Shown: piece by piece, positions 1 to 10,941 of the stretch
How positions within the stretch are numbered: position 1 is the stretch's first letter
Layout of the letters: each line of letters begins with the position of its first letter
DNA from: Podarcis cretensis
Taxonomy: Eukaryota
NCBI GenBank assembly: GCA_951804945.1
Contig: OX638150.1
Location: 39,060,001-39,124,000 of the forward strand
Reading direction: 5' to 3'
DNA length: 64,000 nucleotides
Notes under the pieces: model-generated
Told to the model about the DNA's origin: nothing
The model's database searches: none
What the model saw: the letters and a program-made list of their open reading frames with translations, nothing else
Program-made: the position numbers and the translations under genes

Positions 1-2222
1 AAATGACATGCTGCTGAACTCTCCCTGCGTGACACACACAATCTTGGGGCAAAAGGGTCGTCTACATCCAGGGCCCTCTGAGATGCTCTTCTTCAACTGT
101 ATTTATTTCTTTGTCCCTTTTCTGCTCTTCCGTGGCTCAATTAGTGCCCTCCAATTCTTGCTCTAGGGATTCTTTCCTCTCTTCATCTGTTCTGACCAGT
201 TCTCTTTCCAAATCATCTAAGTTCATAATAATTTTTGCTGCCCCCTGTGCACCTCCTAATCTTTTCATATTGTTCTGTTTTTCATCTAATCTACTTTTAA
301 ATCTGCTCTGCAATAAAACCTTAACCTATATAGGATATTGGATAAGCATTGTTGTATAGGAGCTTCGGAATTAGCAAACCTATTGCAGTATCAGTGTCAT
401 CAGTCGGGTAAGGGTGGATGGAGTCACAGGGATAATCAGCATCCCTGTGTATTTTTGGCTTATCTAGAGGGATATTGCTTTTATATCTCTTTCCATGATA
501 TACCTGATGCTATCTCTTAAATTCAATTAGTTAACCAAACCAGGCATTACTCTTGTTTACGGTACAGGCAAAACCAGATGTGACTTGTTTCAGATTTCTC
601 TCTTTAGACCTGGGACAACATCTGGGGAAATGCTTCTGTAATTACTCTCTAAGCTAGAAGTCATTACCTCAGTTGATCTATATGAGCTCACAAGATTAGA
701 CATTAAGGGGAAATTAGACCAGAGTTGACCACATCAAACAACAACTGAAAGGTTGAGCATCTGTACATGTTTCTCTCCCCTCTGACCACTGATTGCCTCA
801 TGATCCAGTCAGCACAGCAATTTCCAAACAATGTGAGACTACGAACTCAACCATATAGCAGCCATTGAGAACAAGAGCCGTCAGCTGTGGAAGGAACATA
901 AAATACAGTTTGGGGGAAGAGAATTGGGGGGGGACGGACGCATAAATGAAATTCGAAGCTGTTATGATCTATTTAACCCAGTATTGAATCCTCTAACATC
1001 AGGATCACCAATCTCTTTGGGCAAGTGGGCACATTGGAATTTTGAGGAGTGTCACAAAATGGATGCAATGGGGGCATAAAACTGCTGGTGGTGTAGCATA
1101 ACACAAAATAGCTGTCACACCTGAAAGAACAGAAAAAGAGACAGGATCAAAAAATTGTGTATGTGGTGTGTGTGTGTGTGTGTGAAAACATCTATATCAG
1201 CCACTGCTGCGCTCACTCACAGAAATAAGCTCTGTGCACTTCTCCTGAATTCAGAATGGAAGGGACAATGGTGTCCAATTCTGGCTTTCAACTGAATGGG
1301 GTTATGTTTAAGAGGGAGTGTTCAATGCAGGACATACTGGGACACTGGAAGGAATTCATTGTCATACTCTTCTGATTGTTTTTGTCAGTGCAAATGAAGC
1401 AACCCCCCCTTCCCTCCACCAGTGTGCCAGTCTGGGGGTTATCCCAATCCTCCTGAGTCAATTTAAGGGGGCGCAGGGGTACACTCAGAGAGAGGAGGAA
1501 GGAAAGCCCCATTACACAAGCAGAAGTCCTTTGTGCAGGGCTTCCACCTATGAGACTCATTAGGTGAATCCCACCCGCTGCAAATAGGAGCTGAGCAGGA
1601 AAAACAAACAGCGTTCTTTAAATTTACGGAGACTTTTGCAGATGTCATGTGCTGGTGACCCTCTTAGAGTCTCTCCAAGGTCTTAGGCGAAGCATTTTCC
1701 AGCCCTCCTACCTGAGATCCGTTAAGGGTGAAGACAGACGTACAGTACATAATTTTGGTAGTGAGCCTGATCTGGAAGTGCAATTACCTTGTATTTTTAA
1801 AAGTCATAGCTATGGTGTTAATTTCAGATTTCTTGGCTGGCACATAGCCCACATAAACTGGACATGTAAATAATCCTGACTCTATGATTCTATATGTCTC
1901 CACAGTGGGGGTGCAGGAACGATTTGTAGCTGTACCAGTTTTCCAGAATCCCTGTTTTGGTCGGCCACTGGAGGGCAGTGAGATGACTGCAAGAAGTGAT
2001 GCTTCATGCAGGCTTTTTTTTTTTATACAAAGTCTATTGCTGTTGGCAGCAGGAAGACAATACTGTATAGATGGCAGAGTACCTTTTCTATCCTGTTTTC
2101 TAACATTCCAACATATCTCCTAAAATTCTGGCAAGACCGAGAACAGAAACTCGGAAGCAGCTGGGCAGGAGCAGGCCATATTCTTAATGGCTGAGGTCGG
2201 AAGGACTACAAATACATTGTAG

Positions 2223-2347
2223 CTGAAGAAGTGTGCATGCACACGAAAGCTCATACCAATAACAAACTTAGTTGGTCTGTAAGGTGCTACTGGAAGGAAT
2301 TCTTTTATTTTGTTTCAACTACGGCAGACCAACACGGCTACCTACCT
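2223..2347 (+). mobile_element. Short Penelope 3' remnant containing a second hammerhead core (2223-2256)
   Basis: Near-identical to 6083-6212; CTGAAGA-A-GTGTGCATGCACAC-GAAAGCTC-ATAC. Confidence 0.8.
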
Positions 2348-3149
2348 TACCTTATACAGACACACTGTTCCTGTGAACAAGCTGTTATTTGTTCCTATGA
2401 GAGGAAAGCCCAGCACTGCACTTGGGGGCAATGGTTCAGTGCCACAGTGCCAGACTGCTGACGCAGGCAGAAATTCCACTGGAAGAGCAGCAGCAATTCC
2501 TTTCCCGTCTGAAGGAAGTTTTGGGCTTGTAGGGTGAGGGGGTAGTTATGTTCCTGATGCCCCCTCCCAAATCAGGTGCTTGGTTTGGGAGAGAAAGCTG
2601 CAATGGAGAAGGTTGATTCTTTCTCACTGAGCACAGCTTCTGGTTTGAAAGGGGGGCTGTTTTCCTTACTCCTCATAACCAGGAGGCCATGTTTGCTTGA
2701 GGGGAAATGTGATTGGGGAGCAGCAGAGCCCACAATAGATGAAGGCCGGAGAAAGGAGGCAGGTAGTTTATGTTGGAGTTCATGGCACAGCAGCAACTAA
2801 GATATCATTATCATGCCCCGAGGTATTTGCTCGAGTGTGAACACTAAGCAGCCCACACTCCTACTTGCATTTTCATAACGTGAGCCTGGAATACATGGCT
2901 TGCGAATGGTGCTGATAAATGGGGGCGGGAAGCAGAAGAGAGCCATTTTAGGTATGCAGCCTGCCTAACCAGAATAAGTTTGGGAAATTATAGCTGCAGC
3001 AGGAAATGCAAAAGCCGATTTTTGCGTTGTTTACAAAAACAGCTTTGAAACGTCCCAGCCTAATTCTCACTGGGTTTTTTTAATGTCCTTTTTATCCCAT
3101 CTCGTTGCTGTAATCCCCAGCCGCAGTCTGTAAAATGTGATTCGATGGG

Positions 3150-3990
3150 TTAAAATTGAGGCGCGCTCCATCTAGTGGCTTGTTTTTAAAATGCTATCTC
3201 TCTAGTGCCCGTGTGAGCATAAGGGAGGGGGCGGAGTGCGGGGGGAGTCAGTCCAAAGCAGGGCGGGGGGGGGGGAATCAGGTTGACGAACTACAAATAC
3301 CAGAAGCTCTCAGGGCAGCGTCGGAAGGCCTCGGAAAGTAGGCCGGTCGACCCCGTTGGATTGCAGCAAATTTAATGTTATTTAATTTGCTTTATTGCAC
3401 GGTTACCCCTTGTAGATGAGAACAGCATTTTGCAGAATAATATCCCCGAATTTCTCTCCCCGCTTATTCATACTGTGCATCCCCCTCCACCCGCCCCGCT
3501 TGCTTCGCGTCAGCTCCGCTTGCCTTTTGCCGCAAAGGCTGCTGAGACCCGCATAAAGCTGCAGGCGGAGGGAAGGCGCGCAGCGGCCGCGGCCAGCACT
3601 TCAGAGCCATGGAAAAACTGCTGAAATCCGAACTGAAAACCACCGCGCTGAAGGCGTTTGGGAGCTCGGGAGGAGGGTGCATAAGCCAAGGGCAGAGCTA
3701 TGAAACCGACCACGGGCGAGTGTTCGTTAAAATCAACAACAAGCCTCAGGTTCACGGCGATATTGATAGAGCTCCCTAAATACTAATATATGGCTGCAGT
3801 TGGGGATGAGGGGAGACTGGGAGGGGGCGTAACTTGGCAACAGACGGTGATTGGCTAGTTGAAAGCTCGTATGTTGGGCGAATTCTGGGGAGAGGTCTGC
3901 AGCACTGTATTCCAATCTGCGCCACAATCAAACTCGTTCGAAAAGAGTTTCCAACTCTTGACTGCACAGGGGGCGCGATAAGTTTTCTAT
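3150..3990 (+). promoter_or_regulatory. FN3K CpG-island promoter
   Basis: CpG-rich span over exon 1; GC boxes (GGGGCGG near 3227 and 3261); ZNF143-associated ACTACAAATACCAGAAG at about 3290; CTCF-like motif at 3165-3179. Confidence 0.75.
3609..3749 (+). CDS. FN3K: Fructosamine-3-kinase coding exon 1 ([47 protein letters not shown])
   Basis: Kozak gccATGG at 3609; 141 nt; P-loop GGGCISQG with Cys24 and FVK lysine; donor CAG|GTTCAC. The six exons join to 930 nt = 309 aa, the length I recall for human FN3K. Confidence 0.95.
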
Positions 3991-4661
3991 AGCTGCATCA
4001 TCGAGTGTAATCTTTAGAAGATATATAGCTATGCAGCGATTTTAACGGGTGTGTATGTCTGAAATAAGAATCCAATTAGGGCTGCCTCAAACTTCAGAGC
4101 ACTTGCCCTAAAAGCCCCATGTTTTTTGCCTCTAGAAATTTGCAGCCAAAGCGAAATACTGTGTTGCAAACATTCACCGTAGATGTAATGTTGTAATCTG
4201 CATGCCTGTATGGTGGTGGATACCAGCCTCCTCCTTTAACCAGCCTCAGCTCTTTCCAAGCATTTTTCATGGTGCGAATTTTGACGTGGGAAATCAAGCA
4301 GAATAAACATACGTAGATTCGTTTGTCCAAAGTGAGAAAGGCCTACTGTATTGTGCTGATTTCCCCGTAGATGTGCAAATGAATGTGCAGATCTATTCAA
4401 AGAGAATGTTCAGGTCAACGTTATGCTGATCAGCCAAATGAATTCAAACTGCAGCAGATGTTATCTCACTTTGTACACAAGGCTTAATAATTCTCTCATT
4501 GGCCTACTTTCCCCATGTACATTTCTCTCTCTCTCTGTGTGTGTGTGTAGATATATATTTTCTTGGCGTAGGACAAGACACAAATCTAAATAACTGATGC
4601 ACACACAGTCCTAATGCACAGCCAAATAAGTGTTCTCAGTAACGTTATTCTTTCTGACCAG

Positions 4662-4813
4662 GCTAGGACAATGTTTGAGGGTGAAATGGCAAGCTTAATA
4701 GCTATTCAGCAAACCAACACTCTGCGGGTTCCCCAGCCCATTAAAGTGATAGATCTTCCAGGAGGTGGAGCAGCATTTGCCATGGAGTACCTCAAAATGA
4801 AGAGTCTCAGCAA
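4662..4813 (+). CDS. FN3K: FN3K coding exon 2 ([12 protein letters not shown]...[11 protein letters not shown])
   Basis: AG at 4660-4661, GTAAG at 4814; 152 nt; [20 protein letters not shown] is typical of FN3K. Confidence 0.96.
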
Positions 4814-5650
4814 GTAAGACAGTGCCACACGGCTGTCCCCTTGTTAAAATATTGGCCACTTGGATTTATAGTTCTGCTCTGTTGTCTCTGAGTTCTGAAA
4901 AGTGTCTGTTTTACTGTCTTTAAATAACATGTCTCTGGAAGTGAATTTAAGGGAATTAACAAGCGCACATCCACATTGCATTATGTGATGCCTTCAGTGA
5001 AGTTATGCCAGCGGGGGACTTCTCTCTTCACTTGCTTCGGCAACTTGTATGCTGTATCTTGACAATTATATGCATCTGTCAGAAGTCTGAGAATGTCCAT
5101 ACTATGTTATCTGTCTTATATGGAATGTTTTGGCTAGATTGGCCTCCTGAGGTTTACTGGGCCAACTGCTAGCATTCAGACTTCACAGGACTTTAAAAAA
5201 AAAATCTATAAAATGTTAAAGTTTGATCATGTTATTTGGTCTTGACTGAAGTGTGGATACAGCTATCCAAAGGCCAGCGATGCACAAGTCATAGCTACGT
5301 AAGGCTTTTCTCACTCAGAAGTTTGCAGCCCTTCCACTTTGGCAGTTCAGCTCAAAATTAAAAGTAGATGTAGCACCTAAAACAAAATTAATGCCATTCC
5401 CATAAGGTTTTGGCTTTGAGTTACCTCAAGAGTGCCATGCAAAGACACTCCAGGTTCTGTTGTTTAGAGATAGTGATGCTTTAGCTGAGATTCCTGCATT
5501 GCAGGGGATTGGAGTAGAATGACTCTTTGGGTTCCTTCCAACTCTTTGATTCTATACGTTAGTGTGAAATGTTTGGTTTGTATATAAAATCAAGCTGGTT
5601 TTGAAATTTCCTGATACATAATATTGGGATATGTTTCTTTGTTCTTCTAG

Positions 5651-5742
5651 ATATTCTGCAAAACTTGGAGAGCAAGTAGCAGATCTTCACTTTTACAACC
5701 AAAAACTTGGAGAAAAAATAAAGAAGGAAGAAAACACAGTTG
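5651..5742 (+). CDS. FN3K: FN3K coding exon 3 (YSAKLGEQVADLHFYNQKLGEKIKKEENTVG)
   Basis: ttcttctag acceptor, GTAAAG donor, 92 nt, phase-compatible. Confidence 0.96.
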
Positions 5743-5785
5743 GTAAAGTATAGTTTCTATGCACCAACATAACTTTGTAATAGTA

Positions 5786-6216
5786 TCATTACAAAAGAAT
5801 TGCAGAAACAGACCTGAAAGAGAAGTTGCTGAATTGCAACTGAAAACTATGGAGGGACCTGGTCTTAATAGAGATATTGGATTCCTGTCTCATTACATAT
5901 GCTAATCATCTGCATACTATCCCTTGCTTTTTCCTGTAGGTCTAATTGCAGTCTTTAACAGTCGTCCACAGGTTTACCATACCCATTGAGTCAATCACCC
6001 ATCTACTACTACCCTCCTGAGGAAAACCCCACCCCACCCTCCCACTATATATAAGGGTCTGGTGACTTCTGTTTCAGTGTATCTGAAGAAGTGTGCATGC
6101 ACACGAAAGCTTATACCCAGAACAAACTTAGTTGGTCTCTAAGGTGCTACTGGACAAATTTTTATTTTTATATATATATTTTGACTGCGTCAGACCAACA
6201 CGGCTACCTACCTGAA
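5786..6216 (+). mobile_element. 5'-truncated Penelope-like element in FN3K intron 3
   Basis: Encodes SLQKNCRNRPEREVAELQLKTMEGPGLNRDIGFLSHYIC*, resembling a GIY-YIG C-terminus; 12-bp TSD TTTGTAATAGTA at 5774-5785 and 6217-6228; 3' end shared with 2223-2347. Confidence 0.85.
6067..6122 (+). ncRNA. Minimal type I hammerhead ribozyme motif (Penelope-associated)
   Basis: GTAT-CTGAAGA-A-GTGTG(CATG)CACAC-GAAA-GC-TT-ATAC; distal stem I TTCTG/CAGAA. Confidence 0.75.
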
Positions 6217-6578
6217 TTTGTAATAGTAGTTCCTACTTTGGTTGGTGACATCCCAAGAAAGTTGGTTGTTGCACTTAAGTGCTTCTTGAATTAGCAGGAC
6301 TTGCACACAGCTGTTGGTTTTTTTTTCTGGATGAAAGTTGAGGTGTTTGTTAGGTACAATGGTGTTAAGAGCAATTTGAACAGCATGCAGCTAGGGATAG
6401 TGGTACAAATAATTTGCTGCTTATTTCGAGTTTAAGGTTTTATCACGTACTACAACGTCAATAACACTTTTGCAGATATAATGATGATACAAAAAGTAGC
6501 CACTTTCTGCATCAAGAGGGATTGGCTGCTTTTACATTTTGCACCCTTGCTTTGATTAGTTTTGTTGTTGTTGAACAG

Positions 6579-6661
6579 GGAAAGGTGCAGGCCAGACAGA
6601 ATCTCATCATGTGGATAAGTTTGGATTCCACATTGTCACCTGCTGTGGCTATATAGCTCAG
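6579..6661 (+). CDS. FN3K: FN3K coding exon 4 (KGAGQTESHHVDKFGFHIVTCCGYIAQ)
   Basis: aacag acceptor, CAG|GTAAG donor, 83 nt, FGF...TCCG motif. Confidence 0.96.
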
Positions 6662-6779
6662 GTAAGCTCCTCCTTTTATTTATTAAAAAGAAAGAGAAGT
6701 TGGAATGTCACTGCATTGAAAGGTGGCATGTACACTGGTCACTGTTTTGAAGGGGAGTGAAGAACACACACACACACAA

Positions 6780-6964
6780 AGGTAACTTGTTAATTTAACG
6801 TTTATTTCTATGAGGAGGAGTAATTCTGAGGGGTCAAACAAAGAAATAATAAAGAAGTGACAAAAAAGTTATTTTTATAATGACGAGTTTTGCGGCTCCC
6901 AGTTTTTTTTCCTTCGGAAACGGGTCCAAGTGGCTCTTTTTGTCTTAAAGGTTGCAGACCCCTA
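6780..6964. mobile_element. hAT-type DNA transposon end fragment
   Basis: ttttgcggctccc...aaaggttgcagacccct terminus; only one end seen. Confidence 0.55.
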
Positions 6965-7001
6965 ATCTAGACCAACCCCCTGGCATATTTTTGCTTTGTA
7001 G

Positions 7002-7124
7002 GTGAATGAATGGCAAAGTGACTGGCCCACTTTCTTCATACGTCACCGTCTCCAAGCCCAAATGGATTTGATTGAGAGAGATTACGGAGACAGAGAAGCA
7101 AGGGAATTGTGGTCTCAGTTAAAG
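7002..7124 (+). CDS. FN3K: FN3K coding exon 5 (VNEWQSDWPTFFIRHRLQAQMDLIERDYGDREARELWSQLK)
   Basis: tttgtag acceptor, AAG|GTAGG donor, 123 nt. Confidence 0.96.
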
Positions 7125-7667
7125 GTAGGTGAGAGATGCTAGACTGCCACAATATGAGAAAGAGAGAGTGAGAGAGAAGGCACTGAGGCTAACCTGGAAC
7201 CATGCTTGCATCTCCAACTTGCCACCTCACTCTGACAGAATTTTACTATAGATGTGAGGTTTCCTTCCTATCCAGCCTGCTTTCTCAAGCAAGTGCCCAG
7301 TCTATACATTTGCACTTTAGTTTGTCTGCTGCTCCCCATCAAGGATGGTATTATTTAGTTCCATTTGTGGGATCAGGAACTTTTGGAGCTTGACTAGCAT
7401 GCCAGTGGGGTTTTGTTTATTTAAATCTTGGACCATCTTTCAAGTAGATACAAGCCAGGGCTGAGCCAAGTTTCCCAGAAGGATGGGCCTAAACTTTGCT
7501 GGACTTAAAACCCACGGTCTCCATTGGGTTCCTCTACCTCAAACCCCTGTTCCCTGCCGTTTTCATAATTTAGAATTGCATTCACACATGACTGTATTAA
7601 CTTTTATTGTATTTGTGTAGCCCTGTTTCCAAATTTGTTGTAATAGAAGAATGAGGGGGGGGGCTGG

Positions 7668-8105
7668 TTTATTTTTTTATTTTTAAAGTTTGTTTATTCA
7701 AAATTAAAACAAGACATATTATCCAAAAGCATACCATCCTTGTTTTCCCCCAATTTTCCCTCCCTCCCTCCCCCCACCCTCCCAAACCGCCCCCCCCCCC
7801 CGACTTCCCTCAGTTCCAGTCTTTGGTTTCTCTGAGACTGCTGTTTTCTGCATGTTACAAAGTTGTATAGATCCTCAAACTATTTAGCTGATTATTATCA
7901 ATAAAAAGTTTGTGAATGTTTATTCAAAACCTGCCAAGGAGTCCAGTTCTCTTTACTGTGCCTTCAAATACTTTGTAAAGGGTTCCCATTCATCTTTAAA
8001 GTCACAGTTATCCTTGTCCCGTAGCTTATATGTCAGTTTTGCCAGTTCTGCATAGTCCGTCATTTTTTCTTGCCATGTTTCTTTAGTTGGGGCCTGGTTT
8101 ATTTA
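7668..8105 (-). mobile_element. L1-type LINE 3' fragment
   Basis: Minus strand reads PTKETWQEKMTDYAELAKLTYKLRDKDNCDFKDEWEPFTKYLK* (ORF2 C-terminus), then G-rich UTR, AATAAA and A-rich tail. Confidence 0.75.
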
Positions 8106-8120
8106 AACGTATTTCTTCTC

Positions 8121-8943
8121 TACCATAATGGGCCTAATTGCAGGCGGAGATGAAACAGCGTACAAGGGGGAGGTTCAAAAAGTATCTACATGGTGCTTAG
8201 AGAATAACTTGCACCTAAATATTAGTAAGACAAAGGGGATGGTGTTGGACTTCCAGAGGAAGAGAGGGGAACCTGCCCCGTTGTATATTGGTGGGGGGCT
8301 GTATGGAGATAGTCTCCTCCTTTAAATTCCTGGGAGTTTACCTTAGTGAGGACCTCACTTGGAAAATCAACATAACTCAGATGGTCAGAAAGGCCCAACA
8401 GAAACTCCATTTCCTCAGGGTCTTGCGAAAGAATAATGTTGAACAACAATTGATGAACTCTTTTTACTGGTCCACAATAGAAAGTGTCCTTTCATATTGT
8501 ATTACAGTGTGGTCTGCTGGCCTGACAGCCACGGACAGAAAGTCTCTACAGAGGGTGGTGAAAACAGCACATGATATCAGCACATGATATCATGCGCTGT
8601 CCCTTGAGTCCGCTAGATGACATCGCAAGGGATCGTTGCCTTAGGAGAGAGAGAAAAATTCTCAGGGACGACCCACACCCCAGCCATCACCTCTTTAATC
8701 TTCTACCCTCAGGCAGGAAATATAGAAGTATAATCAGCCGTACCAACAGGCTAAAAAATAGCTTCTATCCGTGGGCTGTTAGGCTGTTGAACGGAAAATA
8801 ACATAATGAAATTGACTTGCAAGGTGGTGTGTTGTTTGATAAGAGATTGGGGGGGGGGGGAGAGGGAGGCTCGTTTAATTTCATTGTACACAGGTTGTAC
8901 AATGACAATAAAAGTATAATTAATTAATTAATTAATTAATTAT
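8121..8943 (+). mobile_element. Rex1/Babar-clade LINE 3' fragment (frameshifted RT C-terminus)
   Basis: GLI..GDETAY, WC.ENNL.LN.SKTK, FKFLGV.LSEDLTW, IESVLSYCITVW, LLPSGRKYRS, RLKNSFYP.AVRLLN; AATAAA and (ATTA)n tail; 13-bp duplication at 8565-8590. Confidence 0.85.
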
Positions 8944-9038
8944 TGCTCATTCCATTAGGGAGGCTAACAAAAACGCATTGATATTTGCTCCCCATTTTCA
9001 CTAGTGGTGAGAATTCCATGGATTTTCCATTTTATTTT

Positions 9039-9154
9039 CTTTCACTGAGCAAGCATAAAAACCTTATGGTGTCTTTGCAATATTTGTTGTATATTTGTAT
9101 ATAAAATAAATATTACAAAGACACCATAAGGTCTTTATGCTTGCTCAATGAAAG
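9039..9154. repeat. 116-nt near-perfect inverted repeat (hairpin) in FN3K intron 5
   Basis: CTTTCACTGAGCAAGCATAAAAACCTTATGGTGTCTTTGCAATATTTG pairs with TAAATATTACAAAGACACCATAAGGTCTTTATGCTTGCTCAATGAAAG. Confidence 0.92.
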
Positions 9155-9425
9155 CAGAGAATGTTGGAGGCAAATAGGCACTCCTACAGGATGCAGGAAA
9201 ACTGATGATCCAGTAGTGGATTCTCAAGAGGGATTTCTTGGCATACTGCAGGCTCCCTCTCAGCTGCTTCTAATTCAGCTAAAAGCAGAGCTGTTGACCT
9301 TCTGATTCTAAATTCTTATGCCACATTTTTCTGCCACTGCCCCTGGCTCTGATCAGTGTCACATTCCAAAGTCAGGTGATAGATTCCCAATTCATCAAGA
9401 AAAATATCCTGGTCATTACCCATTA

Positions 9426-9667
9426 CAGTGGTACCTCAGGTTACATACGCTTCAGGTTACATACTCTTCAGGTTACAGACTCCGCTAACCCAGAAATAGT
9501 GCTTCAGGTTAAGAACTTTGCTTCAGGATGAGAACAGAAATTGTGCTCTGGCGGCGCGGCAGCAGCAGGAGGCCTCATTAGCTAAAGTGGTGCTTCAGGT
9601 TAAGAACAGTTTCAGGTTAAGTATGTACCTCCGGAACAAATTAAGTACTTAACCCGAGGTACCACTG
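9426..9667 (+). mobile_element. Tc1/mariner-pogo (Tigger-like) MITE
   Basis: TIR CAGTGGTACCTC...GAGGTACCACTG, TA duplication. Confidence 0.9.
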
Positions 9668-9906
9668 TAGTCCATCAGGCAAAATCATAGTGATAGGTTA
9701 AATCATGTTATTCAAAACAGCAAAACTCATAGTATATATATAAAATGTAAAAATTATGCTAAAAGCAAATAAAAAGACACAACATTCAGGACTTCATATA
9801 CATTCTGATTTATATGTTTTGAGGCCTTATATTTGTCTTATTAAGCAATGTTCTACTTCTTTTCTTTAGACAGTTTTAAAGGTTTTTTGTTTATGCTTTT
9901 TTACAG

Positions 9907-10245
9907 CCAAAGATTCCGGAGATGTTTTGTGACCTGGAGATAATTCCTGCCCTCCTACATGGGGACCTGTGGGCAGGAAATGTAGCTGAAGATGACTCCG
10001 GTCCAATTCTTTTTGACCCTGCTTGTTTCTACGGTCATTCAGAATTTGAACTTGCAATTTCTATGATGTTTGGTGGCTTTAGCAGTTCTTTCTTCTCTGC
10101 TTATCACAGCAAAATCCCCAAAGCTCCAGGCTTTGAAAAGCGCAACAAACTTTACCAGCTATTTAACTATATTAACCACTGGAACCATTTTGGGACAGGA
10201 TACCGGGGGCCCACTCTTAATGTTATGCGAAAGCTTTTAAAGTAA
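9907..10245 (+). CDS. FN3K: FN3K coding exon 6, last ([25 protein letters not shown]...RKLLK*)
   Basis: ttacag acceptor; LLHGDLW catalytic loop, FDPA and HWNHFG motifs; TAA at 10243-10245. Confidence 0.97.
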   Translation, partial: PKIPEMFCDLEIIPALLHGDLWAGNVAEDDSGPILFDPACFYGHSEFELAISMMFGGFSSSFFSAYHSKIPKAPGFEKRNKLYQLFNYINHWNHFGTGYRGPTLNVMRKLLK

Positions 10246-10897
10246 CCCTCAAACATGGTCATCCTGAGTAAGTGATCTCCTGTTTGATGTTAGAACAACA
10301 TCTGCTACAATGTTTTAAAGAGGATGGGAAGTCACCTGAAAGTTACAAAAGGCAAGAGCTAAGGTGACATTTGTACACATTTAATTCCTCACAAAATGCT
10401 TGCAGTGGTTTTGTATTTTTTGCATTCTCTTAATTGTCAACCAGCATATTAATGACCACTTTGATAAGGTAGGAAAACTGTGTGGTGCTGTTTGTTGTTC
10501 CAGGGAGTGAACTCTGTAGCAAAGTGTACAAGCAGGATAAATGAGAGTTCCAGAATAGTAGATTTCAAAAACAGCATTTGCAGAAATGCAGTGGAGAAGA
10601 TCCAGTCTCTGTGCCAGTGGATGTGATGTTATTCTCCTTCCTCTCCTTCCTCCTGCATTCTTTACTCTGCTCAGGAGGGTCCCACAACTTTATTTTATGG
10701 GGATACAGGAGCAGAAGGGTGGGGGAGGGGAGAATGATGGAGTCATTCCGTTTGCACAAATGGAAGACTGTTGGGCAAGTGGGATGTCACAACTGGATAT
10801 CAACAAAGACTGCAAACCTGAGAGCCCATGTAAACATGTACACCAGCTTGTGTGGATGTAATGACTCCCTTGCTCAAACAGTTTAAAACAAATAGCA

Positions 10898-10901
<4 letters not shown>

Positions 10902-10941
<40 letters not shown>

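Noticed and set aside
1-700. Possible FN3KRP last exon or L1 ORF1 remnant
   Set aside because: No HGDLW or HWNHF motifs found; minus-strand translations are interrupted and I cannot assign a family
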